Shown: positions 51,417 to 60,415, numbered from the stretch's first letter. The stretch: 64,000 bases of DNA from an uncultured delta proteobacterium (GCA_963783425.1 CAWANO010000010.1:763851-827850), one strand, 5' to 3'. Translations and numbers: made by a program. Notes: generated by a model not told the origin, from the letters alone.

Positions 51417-52730
51417 TTATCTCTGGTGGTGTTTTCTGAATTCGTCCACGTCGCGTTCCCAGCCGCCTTCAACTTCCTCTTCCTTCCAGAAGATGTATGG
51501 GTTGGTACGGGGCTCCTGAACCATGCGCGGATCGGGTTCGAACCCGGTCACTTCGAGCAGCTTCTGGAGGCCCTGGCGTTTCATCAACTCGCCCAGACGT
51601 TCACGGTTTTTGCCCTCTTCCATCCACCAATCCCAGATGGGTTCGATGACGGTCTCCTTGATTTCGGTGTAGGGTGCCTCGGCCTTGATAAAAGGCACGA
51701 TCAGCGAACCCATCTGAGCCCCGTCAAGAATGGGCGCCTTGGCGCCGGCCAGAATGGAGAGACCGCGGTCGTCACCGATGCGCAGGGCCTTGGGCATCAC
51801 ATTGAGGCAGTGCATGCAGCGCGTGCACTCTTTGTCGTCGATCTTCAGCTTGCCGCCTTCCATCCACATGCACTCGGTGGGGCAAAGGCCGATGACCTCT
51901 TTATTGATGTCGAAGGCGCCCCAGTCGTGTCCGGAATGGGAACCGCCGTTGGGGGGAATTTCGCCGCCGATGTAGGCCTGAACGGCTTCCTGGTCGATCT
52001 TGATGTTGTCGCGCCAAGTGCCGACAAACGAAAGGTCGGCGCGGGCGATGGAGGCCACGCAGCAGTTGGGGCAGCCATCGAACTTAAACTTGAATTTATA
52101 CGGGAAGGCCGGGCGGTGCAACTCATCCTGGTATTCCTGAGTCAGGTCGTAGCACAGGTCCTGGGTGTCGTAGCAGGCCCACTCGCAGCGCGCTTCGCCG
52201 ATGCAGTCCGCAGGCGTACGCAGGTTTGAGCCGGATCCGCCCAGGTCCTGATTGAGTTTGTGGGTCATTTCATAAAAAATCTCTTCCAGCTGCGGCGTGG
52301 TGGTGCCGAGGAAGATGATGTCGCCGGTGGAGCCGTGCATATTGGTGATACCGCTGCCGCGGAAGTCCCACAGGTCGCACAATTGGCGCAGATATTCGGC
52401 CGTGTAGAATTTGCCGCCCGGCTGGGCGATACGCATGGTGTGAAAATGGGCCACGCCGGGGAAGTTTTGCGGTTGGTCGCAATAACGACCGATGACACCG
52501 CCGCCGTAGCCAAACACACCAACGATGCCACCATGCTTCCAGTGGGTCACGCCATCCTTGAAAGAGAGTTCAAGAATGCCCAAGAGATCATCGACCACGT
52601 CGGTGGGGATTTGAAACTCGATCCCTTCTTCGTTTTTGGCACGTTTTTCGGCCTGCTGCTTCATGTCAGACACGAAACTCGGCCATGGCCCAGATTCTAA
52701 CTGGTCCAACAAGGGGGTTTCATGCTTCAT
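51417..52730 (-). CDS. dsrA: Dissimilatory sulfite reductase alpha subunit
   Basis: The ORF track starts at 52745, but that ATG lies inside the SD (ATGGAGG). The start MKHETPLLDQLESGPWPSFV at 52730 is preferred. Ferredoxin insert CPTECMW...CTRCMHCLNVMP. Confidence 0.95.
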   Translation of the reverse strand: MKHETPLLDQLESGPWPSFVSDMKQQAEKRAKNEEGIEFQIPTDVVDDLLGILELSFKDGVTHWKHGGIVGVFGYGGGVIGRYCDQPQNFPGVAHFHTMRIAQPGGKFYTAEYLRQLCDLWDFRGSGITNMHGSTGDIIFLGTTTPQLEEIFYEMTHKLNQDLGGSGSNLRTPADCIGEARCEWACYDTQDLCYDLTQEYQDELHRPAFPYKFKFKFDGCPNCCVASIARADLSFVGTWRDNIKIDQEAVQAYIGGEIPPNGGSHSGHDWGAFDINKEVIGLCPTECMWMEGGKLKIDDKECTRCMHCLNVMPKALRIGDDRGLSILAGAKAPILDGAQMGSLIVPFIKAEAPYTEIKETVIEPIWDWWMEEGKNRERLGELMKRQGLQKLLEVTGFEPDPRMVQEPRTNPYIFWKEEEVEGGWERDVDEFRKHHQR

Positions 52731-52945
52731 TTGTGTAACCTCCATTAATCGTTATTAATTATCCTTGTTTTGCTCCAAAAGCCCCGCTGTGTATCGGTGG
52801 GTCCGTCACCTCCTCTCGAATAAACTTTTATCCTTAGATTGTGGTCTATATGTCGAAACTGTCAGCGCCATTTTTGGCGATGATATCGGTTACACAAAGC
52901 AGATTCGCCACAATTTGGCGGTCATTTTGGCCAACGGATCCCACT

Positions 52946-52973
52946 ATTATCTCAGGGTCGGGTTGGCTGTCAA
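52946..52973 (-). promoter_or_regulatory. Sigma-70-type promoter candidate for dsrABDN
   Basis: The minus strand reads TTGACA (52973-68), 16-nt spacer, GATAAT (52951-46). This implies a 5' UTR of about 190-200 nt. Confidence 0.4.
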
Positions 52974-53050
52974 GGGCAATAGCCGCTGCTGATAATAGCC
53001 CCAAAAAAGAGCTATTTATCAGCGAACATTCAAAAAAACATTTATAAGTT

Positions 53051-54217
53051 TTATCGGGTTGATTTGTCAATAAAAAACGGTGACAAAACCTCGCCCAGGT
53101 TTTTTGCATGGGCTTTGAGGCGTGAAACCAAAAAGGATGTTTCAGTGGTGGCGGGAGTCCAGGCAGTGCATATGGCAGCCAGTCGCCCCTCAAACTGAGA
53201 TGGTGAAAGGCGTGAGAGGGCATAGGCTATCGCCAGGGGCAGGTCTTCGAGCCGGGGATCTTCCACGGCCAGGCGGCCCGCAGCTTCGAAAAAGCCCACC
53301 AGGGCACCCTCAAGGGCGCAGGCCGGGGCCCAGACCAAAGGACCGGTGCCGTCGAGGCGATCGAGCCGCAGGCGCAGGGTCATGTGTAGGAAAAAATCGA
53401 GCAGGCCCTCCAGAATGGCGTGGAACGAATTTGCCGGGGCGCCCTCGATCAAGGGTTGGTAGGCGCGGGCCGTTATCATGCGCAGGTTTAATGTGTGGGA
53501 GCGTACGCCGACGACGAAATCTCCTGCGGCCATGTGCCAGGGGAAGATCTGTTTGAAGCTGAAAGGGTCGTAAAAACGGGTCAATACATTGGCCGCCTGG
53601 CGGTAAATTTCGACGGCCTGCGCCGGGGAGAGAAAGCTAGGGCCAGATGGTCGCCACAGCTTGATGCCCAGGGTATGGTCGGGGCGGTGGCTGAGGTGAA
53701 ATTCATGGTAACCGTCAAGCCACTGGGCCATGAACATGGGCCAGCGGGCAGTTTTGTGATCAGCCAGGGCGTAGACCGCGGGCAGGTAGGTGCGTGTGGT
53801 CTTGGCCCCCAGGCGTGCCAGGGTATGATATTCGCGCCGGAGCGCGGCGGCGCCTGAGTCCGACAGGGCTACATTGACGGCAAAGGCGGCTGTACCGCTC
53901 TGGGTTGCGATTTCGACCCGAGCCGGGTGATAGAAGGCGCCGTGCTTTTCGAGTGTGATCCGGACGGGGAAAGGGTTGAGGGTGGCCGACGGCTTCTGCT
54001 GGTGGGCAAGGGCGCCGAGCAGCGGTTTTCGGGCGGGACCGTCGAGAAAGGCCACCACTGCCGAAAAATAGTCGCCCACCGTCGGCTGGTGATCAGTGTC
54101 GTGGGGGGGCACCGCCCCCAGGATCTCCTTCCGTTCCATCGGCATGGACCACTGCCAGCGGGGGTCGGCCGGTGTGACGGTGTCATCGGCCCGATAGAGG
54201 CAGAATTCGAAGGGCAA
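53051..54217 (-). CDS. Hypothetical protein (388 aa), no domain recognised by eye
   Basis: Long ORF with coding-like composition, on the same strand as dsrA and immediately upstream of it. It lies 5 nt downstream of the TPR gene. Confidence 0.5.
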   Translation of the reverse strand: MPFEFCLYRADDTVTPADPRWQWSMPMERKEILGAVPPHDTDHQPTVGDYFSAVVAFLDGPARKPLLGALAHQQKPSATLNPFPVRITLEKHGAFYHPARVEIATQSGTAAFAVNVALSDSGAAALRREYHTLARLGAKTTRTYLPAVYALADHKTARWPMFMAQWLDGYHEFHLSHRPDHTLGIKLWRPSGPSFLSPAQAVEIYRQAANVLTRFYDPFSFKQIFPWHMAAGDFVVGVRSHTLNLRMITARAYQPLIEGAPANSFHAILEGLLDFFLHMTLRLRLDRLDGTGPLVWAPACALEGALVGFFEAAGRLAVEDPRLEDLPLAIAYALSRLSPSQFEGRLAAICTAWTPATTETSFLVSRLKAHAKNLGEVLSPFFIDKSTR

Positions 54218-54222
54218 CGGCG

Positions 54223-54849
54223 CTATTTTTCACCGTCGGCTTCGATTTCGCGCTGAATCTCGGGCGCGACCTCGTAGCCTAAATCTATCGCTTTGCCGCA
54301 GTGAAGGCGGGCTTTTTCAAGATCGCTCTTTTCCAGGTAGCATATGGCCAGGTTGTTGTGGGCGACGGCGAAATCGGGTGCCAGTTTAAGCACCTTGTGG
54401 TTGGTCTCGATAGCGTCGTCAATGCGCCCCTTGGCCAGGTAGGCATTGGCCAGGGTGGCGAAAGCCTGGATGAAGCGAAAATTGAAATGGGTGGCTTTCT
54501 CAAGCGCCGTGATGGCCTCGTCCACCTCCCCGCGCTGCATATGCACAAACCCGATGTTACCCCAACCTTCGGAAAAACCCGGTTTAACGCGCACGGCACG
54601 ACGATTGAAGTCTAAACAAGATTCGAGGTCGCCCTGCCTGAGGCGCAATCCGCCCAACTGGACGTAGGCCTCGGCCAGGCCCGGGCTGCAATCGATGGCT
54701 GCGAAAAGTTCGTTTTCGGCCTCTTCATATTGTTTAATCCCCAGCAAGGCCACGGCCAGGTTGTAGTGGGAAGTGCCGCAATCGGGGTTTGAGGCCAGTG
54801 CCCGGCGTTGCCGCTCGATATATTCGTGGACATTCTTGGCTTTTTCCAT
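54223..54849 (-). CDS. Tetratricopeptide-repeat protein
   Basis: 208 aa made of about 5-6 TPR units (e.g. AEAYVQLGGLRLRQGDLESCLDFNRRAVRVKP; AVAHNNLAICYLEKSDLEKARLHCGKAIDL). Confidence 0.7.
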   Translation of the reverse strand: MEKAKNVHEYIERQRRALASNPDCGTSHYNLAVALLGIKQYEEAENELFAAIDCSPGLAEAYVQLGGLRLRQGDLESCLDFNRRAVRVKPGFSEGWGNIGFVHMQRGEVDEAITALEKATHFNFRFIQAFATLANAYLAKGRIDDAIETNHKVLKLAPDFAVAHNNLAICYLEKSDLEKARLHCGKAIDLGYEVAPEIQREIEADGEK

Positions 54850-55264
54850 AGAGGGTGTTCCTTTGTCGGTTTCAAGGTTCGATCAAGTTGAAACAGGCGA
54901 GCCGGCATGGTGCCGGACTGCGGTCTCCTGGTTGTTCGGTTGCAAAATTGTGGCCCAAAACTATGGTTTGGTACCCATGATTGTCAAGGCGGCCCGGATG
55001 CCTGCCGGTGTTTGGGCGATCTTCCACGGGCAAGGCGGCCGTTGCCCGCATCGGTCCCCAAAGAGCGATTGCCCGTCGCGGTTGTCGCTTTTTTCTTGAC
55101 ACCCCATTGATTTCATTATTTAAATTTTAGCTATAACACGGTCGACCAAGATTTCCCGCTGCCACCCTAACGACAATCGGCGGCAGGATCTCAACCTGAT
55201 CCTGACAGGCTGCCGTTGGTGTCGGCTTATTACCACATGCTTATGGCCACATAAGGAGGAGCAG

Positions 55265-56299
55265 ATGCTCGCTGGATGTTACACGGCACTGGTGACACCG
55301 TTTTCCGAGGGAGGTATTGACCAGCAAGGGTTGGCGCGGCTGGTGGCCTTTCAGATCGAAAACGGCGTGGACGGCATATTGGCGGTGGGCACCACGGGGG
55401 AGAGCCCCGTGCTTTCATGGAAAGAACACAACCAGGTCATCGAGTTCGTGGCCAACAGCACGCGCGCCAAGGCGCTGTGCATCGCCGGAGTGGGCAGCAA
55501 CAACACCACCGAAACGCTGGCGGCATCCAAACATGCCGTGGCCAGCGGCGCGGAGGCGTTGCTGCTGGTCGATCCTTATTATAATGGTCCAAGTTCGTTG
55601 GAGATCAGACGCGAATATGTGGTGCCCGTGGCCGCCGCTTTTCCCGATACGGCCATCATTCCCTACGTCATTCCTGGGCGTACCGGGGCGCAGTTGCTGC
55701 CCGAGGATCTGGCGCTGCTTTTTCGCGACCATGCCAACGTGAGTACGGTCAAAGAGGCCACCGCAAATGCCGACAACATGCGCCGCACGCGCGCCTGTTG
55801 CGGGCCCGATTTTACCATTTTATCCGGTGACGACGGCATGACCCACCAGATGTTGAGCGACCCTGATATTGCCGCCGCCGGTGTGATTTCGGTGGTCTCG
55901 AACATTGCTCCCAAGGCCGTGGGGGATATGGTGCGCCACTTCAAGGCCGGCCGGCCGGAGGCGGCGCAGGCGCTCAACACGGCCCTGGCGCCCCTTTTTG
56001 GACTGGTGACCATTAAGACCACCGAGGAGACCGAATTTGGCCAAGTGGTTTGTCGCGCCCGCAATCCGCTGGGCATCAAAACCTTGATGCAGATTATGGG
56101 AATGCCTTCAGGCCCCTGTCGCCAGCCTCTGGGGCGCATGACCCGCAAAGGTCTGGAGGAGGTGCTGTCGGCGGCCCGCAAGGTGTGGACCGAAACGCCG
56201 GAAATACTGCAACCCGCGGCAGACTTTTTCAACCTTGACATCGCCGTCCGCCTCGACGACCCGGCCAACTGGCGGCAGCTTTTTTACGAGGCGTATTAA
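55265..56299 (+). CDS. Dihydrodipicolinate synthase (DapA/NAL) family lyase, long form
   Basis: TALVTPF...GILAVGTTGESPVLS...VKEAT (Schiff-base Lys context). At 344 aa it is about 50 aa longer than typical DapA. Confidence 0.75.
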   Translation: MLAGCYTALVTPFSEGGIDQQGLARLVAFQIENGVDGILAVGTTGESPVLSWKEHNQVIEFVANSTRAKALCIAGVGSNNTTETLAASKHAVASGAEALLLVDPYYNGPSSLEIRREYVVPVAAAFPDTAIIPYVIPGRTGAQLLPEDLALLFRDHANVSTVKEATANADNMRRTRACCGPDFTILSGDDGMTHQMLSDPDIAAAGVISVVSNIAPKAVGDMVRHFKAGRPEAAQALNTALAPLFGLVTIKTTEETEFGQVVCRARNPLGIKTLMQIMGMPSGPCRQPLGRMTRKGLEEVLSAARKVWTETPEILQPAADFFNLDIAVRLDDPANWRQLFYEAY

Positions 56300-56681
56300 C
56301 ACACCACGCCGGTGTTTTAAGATCGTTTGGGTGTCCCATGCGCAGCCGTTTTATTGACGGCGGCAAGGGGCTTTTTCAGGTGTTGTCCCCGGTTGCGCTT
56401 GGCCCTTTCAACCTACTGTATAATTTCCCACCCGACCACACCACAACTGCAACCCCGCCCATTTTATGAGTGGCTTTCAGGCATTATATCAGCCACTTCC
56501 AATTGCTATAGATGCGCCACGGGGTTTTTCCTGTTCTGCTAATCGACTGCCCGCGGCCGCACAAAATTTTATATTGATCTTCGATGGGGTGGATGGTAAA
56601 CGAATCACTTTGGTTCAATGCTAAAAGCCGGCATTAGAACTTAAATTTGAAGCCTTTTACATTTTTTTAAGGAGCATCTGG

Positions 56682-57251
56682 ATGAAAACTTTCAACGTAA
56701 AGGATCTGATGGTCCCGCTGGCGGAGTATGCCACCGTCTCCGAAGATGCCACTTTGTTCGATGCGATCCAAGCCCTGGAGAAGGCACAAGAGCAGTTTGA
56801 CCAGACCCGCTATCGCCACCGGGCCGTGCTGATTCTTAACCAAGACGGCAAAGTTATCGGAAAGCTCAGCCAGCTTGACGCCCTAAAGGCGCTGGAGCCC
56901 AAGTACAAGACCTTGCAAACCGACGGCAGCGGCCGCCATTTCGGCTTCAGCACCACCTTCACCAAGGGGATGCTCAATCAGTTCTCACTGTGGGCCAGCC
57001 CGTTGACCGATCTGTGCCAAAAAGCCTTCGACCGTAAGGTAAAGGCGTTCATGTACAAGCTGAGCGAGGGCGAGTTCGTTCGTGAAGACGCCTCTTTGGA
57101 TGTGGCCATTAACCAGCTCATCATGGGGCAACACCAATCTTTGCTGGTGACCAATCAAGCCGATGAAATCGTTGGCGTATTACGGTTGACTGACGTATTC
57201 GCGGCCGTTTTTCAAACCATGGCCAAAGAGTGTCGGCCGGATCAGATCTAA
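56682..57251 (+). CDS. CBS-domain pair protein
   Basis: 189 aa. Two CBS-like units (VKDLMVP...LILNQDGKVIGKLSQLD; ...LLVTNQADEIVGVLRLTDV). SD AAGGAG. Confidence 0.75.
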   Translation: MKTFNVKDLMVPLAEYATVSEDATLFDAIQALEKAQEQFDQTRYRHRAVLILNQDGKVIGKLSQLDALKALEPKYKTLQTDGSGRHFGFSTTFTKGMLNQFSLWASPLTDLCQKAFDRKVKAFMYKLSEGEFVREDASLDVAINQLIMGQHQSLLVTNQADEIVGVLRLTDVFAAVFQTMAKECRPDQI

Positions 57252-57309
57252 AAGATCCAAATGTAACTAACCAACCTATTTATCAATTTATTCACAGGAG
57301 GCGCGCCAT

Positions 57310-58782
57310 ATGAGCGATGGTCAAAAAGACGTGGCAAAACCGATCAACTGGAGAAAAATCGTATTCCTTTTCCTCGGCATCATTCTTTTCACCGTCGTCT
57401 ACACCTCCTCACCCTGGCCGGATGCCATCGATCCGATGGACAAACATTTTGAACTGACCCGGGAGGGCAAAGGCGCCCTGGCGATTTTTCTGCTGGCCGG
57501 CACATGGTGGGTGTTCGAGGTGGTGCCCATCGGCGTCACCAGCCTGGCCATCGGCGTGCTGCAGGCGCTCTTTCTAATTCGGCCTGCCAAGGTGGCCTTC
57601 AAGGACTTCATGGATCCTTCGGTGATGTTCATTTTCGCCTCAATTGTCATCGGTTTGGTCTTCACCAAAACTGGTCTAACGCGACGGCTGGCCTACAAGA
57701 TGTTGGCCATTGTGGGCGAACGCACCAGCATGATCTACTTGGGGTGCTTTGTGGTCACCTCGGCCCTGACCCACATCATGGCCCATACGGCCGTGGCGGC
57801 AACTATTTACCCACTGCTGCTGGCCATCTATTCCCTCTACGGCGAGGGTGACAAGCAGACCAAGTTCGGCAAGGGACTCTTCATCGGCATGGCCTATGTG
57901 GCCGGGGCTGGCAGTATCGTCACCTTGCTGGGCGCTGCGCGCGGTGCCGTGGCGCTGGGGTTTTACACTGACATCGTGGGCAAGAATGTCTCTTTTTTCG
58001 AGCTTACTTACTACATGTTCCCCATCGGATGGATCATGACCTTTTTGCTGTGGGGCTTTTTCATGATCTTTTTCAAGCCGGAGAAAAGCAGAATCCCCGG
58101 TCTAAGAGAGAAAGCCAAACGGCTCTATTCGGAACTGGGGCCGTTGCGGCGCGAAGAGATCATCGCCAGCGTGATCGTTTTCGCCTGTATTCTCACCATG
58201 TCGTTGCGTTCTTTTATTCCCGCGTTGCAGCCGGTGGATAAAACCGGCATCATTCTAGTATCCACCATCCTCTTTTTCGTAACCGGTATTCTCGATATCG
58301 ACGATCTGGAGTCGATTCCCTGGAACATCATCCTGCTCTTCGCCGGTGCCATGAGTATCGGCTTCTGTCTCTGGGAGACCGGCGCGGCCAAGTGGCTGGC
58401 CGTCAACTGGCTGGCCATGTTCCAGGAAGCCAACTGGTTTGTGTTTACGATGAGCATCGCCTTTTTCGTGATGATGATGACCAACTTCATCATGAATGTG
58501 GCCGCCATCGCCATCTCGTTGCCGGTGGCTTTCGTAATTGCACCCTACCTGGGCGTGGCTCCCGAGGTGATTCTGTTCGCCTCGCTGGTGACGGCGGGCA
58601 TGCCTTTTCTGCTGCTGGTGGGCGCGGCGCCCAACGCCATCGCTTACGACTCTAAGCAGTTCTCGACCGGCGAGTTTTTTCTCTACGGGATTCCGGCCAG
58701 CATCATGCTGATGGTGGTAGTGGGATTTGCGGTGTATATCCTCTGGCCGATAATGGGAATGCCGGTGACGATTCCGCATTAG
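57310..58782 (+). CDS. DASS/SLC13-family anion:sodium symporter
   Basis: 490 aa, polytopic membrane protein with the inverted-repeat DASS architecture (…GVTSLAIGVLQAL… / …AAPNAIAYDS…). Confidence 0.8.
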   Translation: MSDGQKDVAKPINWRKIVFLFLGIILFTVVYTSSPWPDAIDPMDKHFELTREGKGALAIFLLAGTWWVFEVVPIGVTSLAIGVLQALFLIRPAKVAFKDFMDPSVMFIFASIVIGLVFTKTGLTRRLAYKMLAIVGERTSMIYLGCFVVTSALTHIMAHTAVAATIYPLLLAIYSLYGEGDKQTKFGKGLFIGMAYVAGAGSIVTLLGAARGAVALGFYTDIVGKNVSFFELTYYMFPIGWIMTFLLWGFFMIFFKPEKSRIPGLREKAKRLYSELGPLRREEIIASVIVFACILTMSLRSFIPALQPVDKTGIILVSTILFFVTGILDIDDLESIPWNIILLFAGAMSIGFCLWETGAAKWLAVNWLAMFQEANWFVFTMSIAFFVMMMTNFIMNVAAIAISLPVAFVIAPYLGVAPEVILFASLVTAGMPFLLLVGAAPNAIAYDSKQFSTGEFFLYGIPASIMLMVVVGFAVYILWPIMGMPVTIPH

Positions 58783-58806
58783 CTGCCATTCGCATATCAA
58801 CCCTTA

Positions 58807-58849
58807 CGGTCGATTCAACGTTTAACGGCGTTGAATCGACCGTTTTTTT
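58807..58849 (+). terminator. Intrinsic terminator after the DASS transporter gene
   Basis: CGGTCGATTCAACG-(8 nt)-CGTTGAATCGACCG followed by TTTTTTT. Confidence 0.8.
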
Positions 58850-58959
58850 GGGGCTCATCCGAATAACGCATACTTTATTGGCTTTGGTTGCCGTGTATTG
58901 ATCGAAGTCGAATTCACCCTTTTCGAAAACCACGTTGGCATCAGGCGTTATCCCGCTTA

Positions 58960-59046
58960 AATCCCCCTTGATCCCCCTTTAAAAAGGGGGAACTGGAATC
59001 GCGGCAACAACAGACCAAATCCCCCCTCGAGGGGGGTCAGGGGGGT
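58960..59046. repeat. Cluster of C5-6/G5-6 tract palindromes
   Basis: AATCCCCCTTGATCCCCCTTTAAAAAGGGGGA contains the hairpin TCCCCCTTT/AAAGGGGGA. AAATCCCCCCTCGAGGGGGGTCAGGGGGG contains the perfect 16-nt palindrome at 59021-59036 plus an extra G6. The motif AATCCCCC occurs three times. Confidence 0.5.
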
Positions 59047-59377
59047 GTTATTTACGCCCTCTTTTTTGAGATTCAATCCCGCCACCCAGAACCCGCTGAC
59101 AAGATAGTTATTAAAACCCACCGGCTTTTGGATACCCGAACGCGTCCGTTACGGCGACCATCGAAATCGTGCCGCGGCCACCGTATCAAAGACCATAATT
59201 AGATATAACATACTTATATCAAAGGTGATCTTGTTAAAAAACAGCCTTGACAATGTGGCACTCATTTTGTAAATGAGTTTTAATTAAAGCGGTGTCGCCA
59301 TTGGTGAGCGGGTGTTGATTCATAGCACCTAAGTTTGTGATCACCACCACTACGGCTAACCTGCAATTTGTTCCTGG

Positions 59378-59680
59378 ATGACCAGCCATGACCCAGGTGC
59401 GACGACGATTACCGATGTACCCGCACCTCACTTGGAAGATGGCCGGGCATTAAGAGTGACCAATCCCGAGACCCATCAGCGCCACATGCATATCAAGAGT
59501 GGATCCGGGATACCCGACGAGGCCTTCGTCGCGGTTCGACATCAGGGGTATTGGTTCTGGATCGACGAGACCGATGTGATATCGAAACTGGCGCTGACCT
59601 TTATGATGATCCTCTTCTCCCTGGCGGAAAGCGGTACCGAGGCGCAGGCGCCGGTGCTCACAATCGGGGCTGGATTTTGA
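59378..59680 (+). CDS. Orphan 100-aa ORF, possibly the C-terminal remnant of a larger gene
   Basis: The coding-like C-terminal half (VAVRHQGYWFWIDETDVISKLALTFMMILFSLAESG) is preceded by AT-rich noncoding DNA. No SD is obvious. Confidence 0.3.
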   Translation: MTSHDPGATTITDVPAPHLEDGRALRVTNPETHQRHMHIKSGSGIPDEAFVAVRHQGYWFWIDETDVISKLALTFMMILFSLAESGTEAQAPVLTIGAGF

Positions 59681-59707
59681 CCGATCGTTACCAGAAACCT
59701 ACCCGGG

Positions 59708-60415
59708 TTATACCCGCCGAAGGATAATAAAATTGAGATAATCGAGGCTGTGGTGTTTTTCAGGGGCCTCAAGAATTTCGGTTACGCCGTAGCGGTTCCG
59801 GCCCCATTGGTTCATCAGGCCTGTCATCACCGTCATGTCGGCGCCGAAGGCATCGAGCTTGTTGACCTGGCCGCTGGCGTCGGATGAACTGTGTTCGATG
59901 ATGCACACACCCGTTGACAGAAGGCAGCGCATCCAGGCGTTGAGGCATTTTTCGGGATCGTAGGCGTGGTCGAGGGAGTTGCTGTAGATGAAATCGACGG
60001 CGTCGAGCCACTCGGGTTTGACCTCATGGAAGTCCCACTGGATGGTGTGGGGAAACTGCCCGGCTGTGTCGGAAATCTCCGTGCCGATCACTTCGCAATC
60101 CAGATATTCCCGAAACCAGGCTTGCTCCTTGCCCCTGCGGGTACCGTGGCAAAGCCCGAATTCGGGCTGCCCAATGGTTTTTTGAATAAAATCGGCCAGA
60201 AAGGCGATGTTGCCTTGGCGGGCCCAGACCGCGTCGATCTTATCTTTGTTGCCCCTGATTTGCAGACGGCGGTATTTGTCGTAATCAAAAGAGCCGTCGC
60301 TTTTCATATACTTGTACTGCGAAAAACCGCGCGGGTCGCGACGGACCCCGGAAACACCAATGCCCACCAGATCGCCCAACCGGACCAGCGTTTTTTGTAA
60401 AACGCCGCGCGTCAT
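59708..60415 (-). CDS. Putative class I SAM-dependent methyltransferase
   Basis: 235 aa. Motif-I-like GLCHGTRRGKEQ...EVIGTEIS and post-I/II-like DFIYSNSLDHAYDP. Confidence 0.5.
   Translation of the reverse strand: MTRGVLQKTLVRLGDLVGIGVSGVRRDPRGFSQYKYMKSDGSFDYDKYRRLQIRGNKDKIDAVWARQGNIAFLADFIQKTIGQPEFGLCHGTRRGKEQAWFREYLDCEVIGTEISDTAGQFPHTIQWDFHEVKPEWLDAVDFIYSNSLDHAYDPEKCLNAWMRCLLSTGVCIIEHSSSDASGQVNKLDAFGADMTVMTGLMNQWGRNRYGVTEILEAPEKHHSLDYLNFIILRRV

Noticed and set aside
56327-56542. 71-aa ORF in the dapA-CBS intergenic region; other 60-110-aa ORFs occur at 54872-55110
   Set aside because: Cys/Arg/Leu-rich composition, no SD and no motif. These are probably noncoding intergenic DNA.
58960-59046. 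C/G-tract repeats as a CRISPR array
   Set aside because: There are only 2-3 short, irregularly spaced motifs with no repeat-spacer periodicity, and no cas genes in the window.
59256-59270. TGGCACTCATTTTGT as a sigma-54 promoter
   Set aside because: It lacks the invariant C of the -12 GC. The overlapping sigma-70-like TTGACA/TAAATG reading is at least as good.
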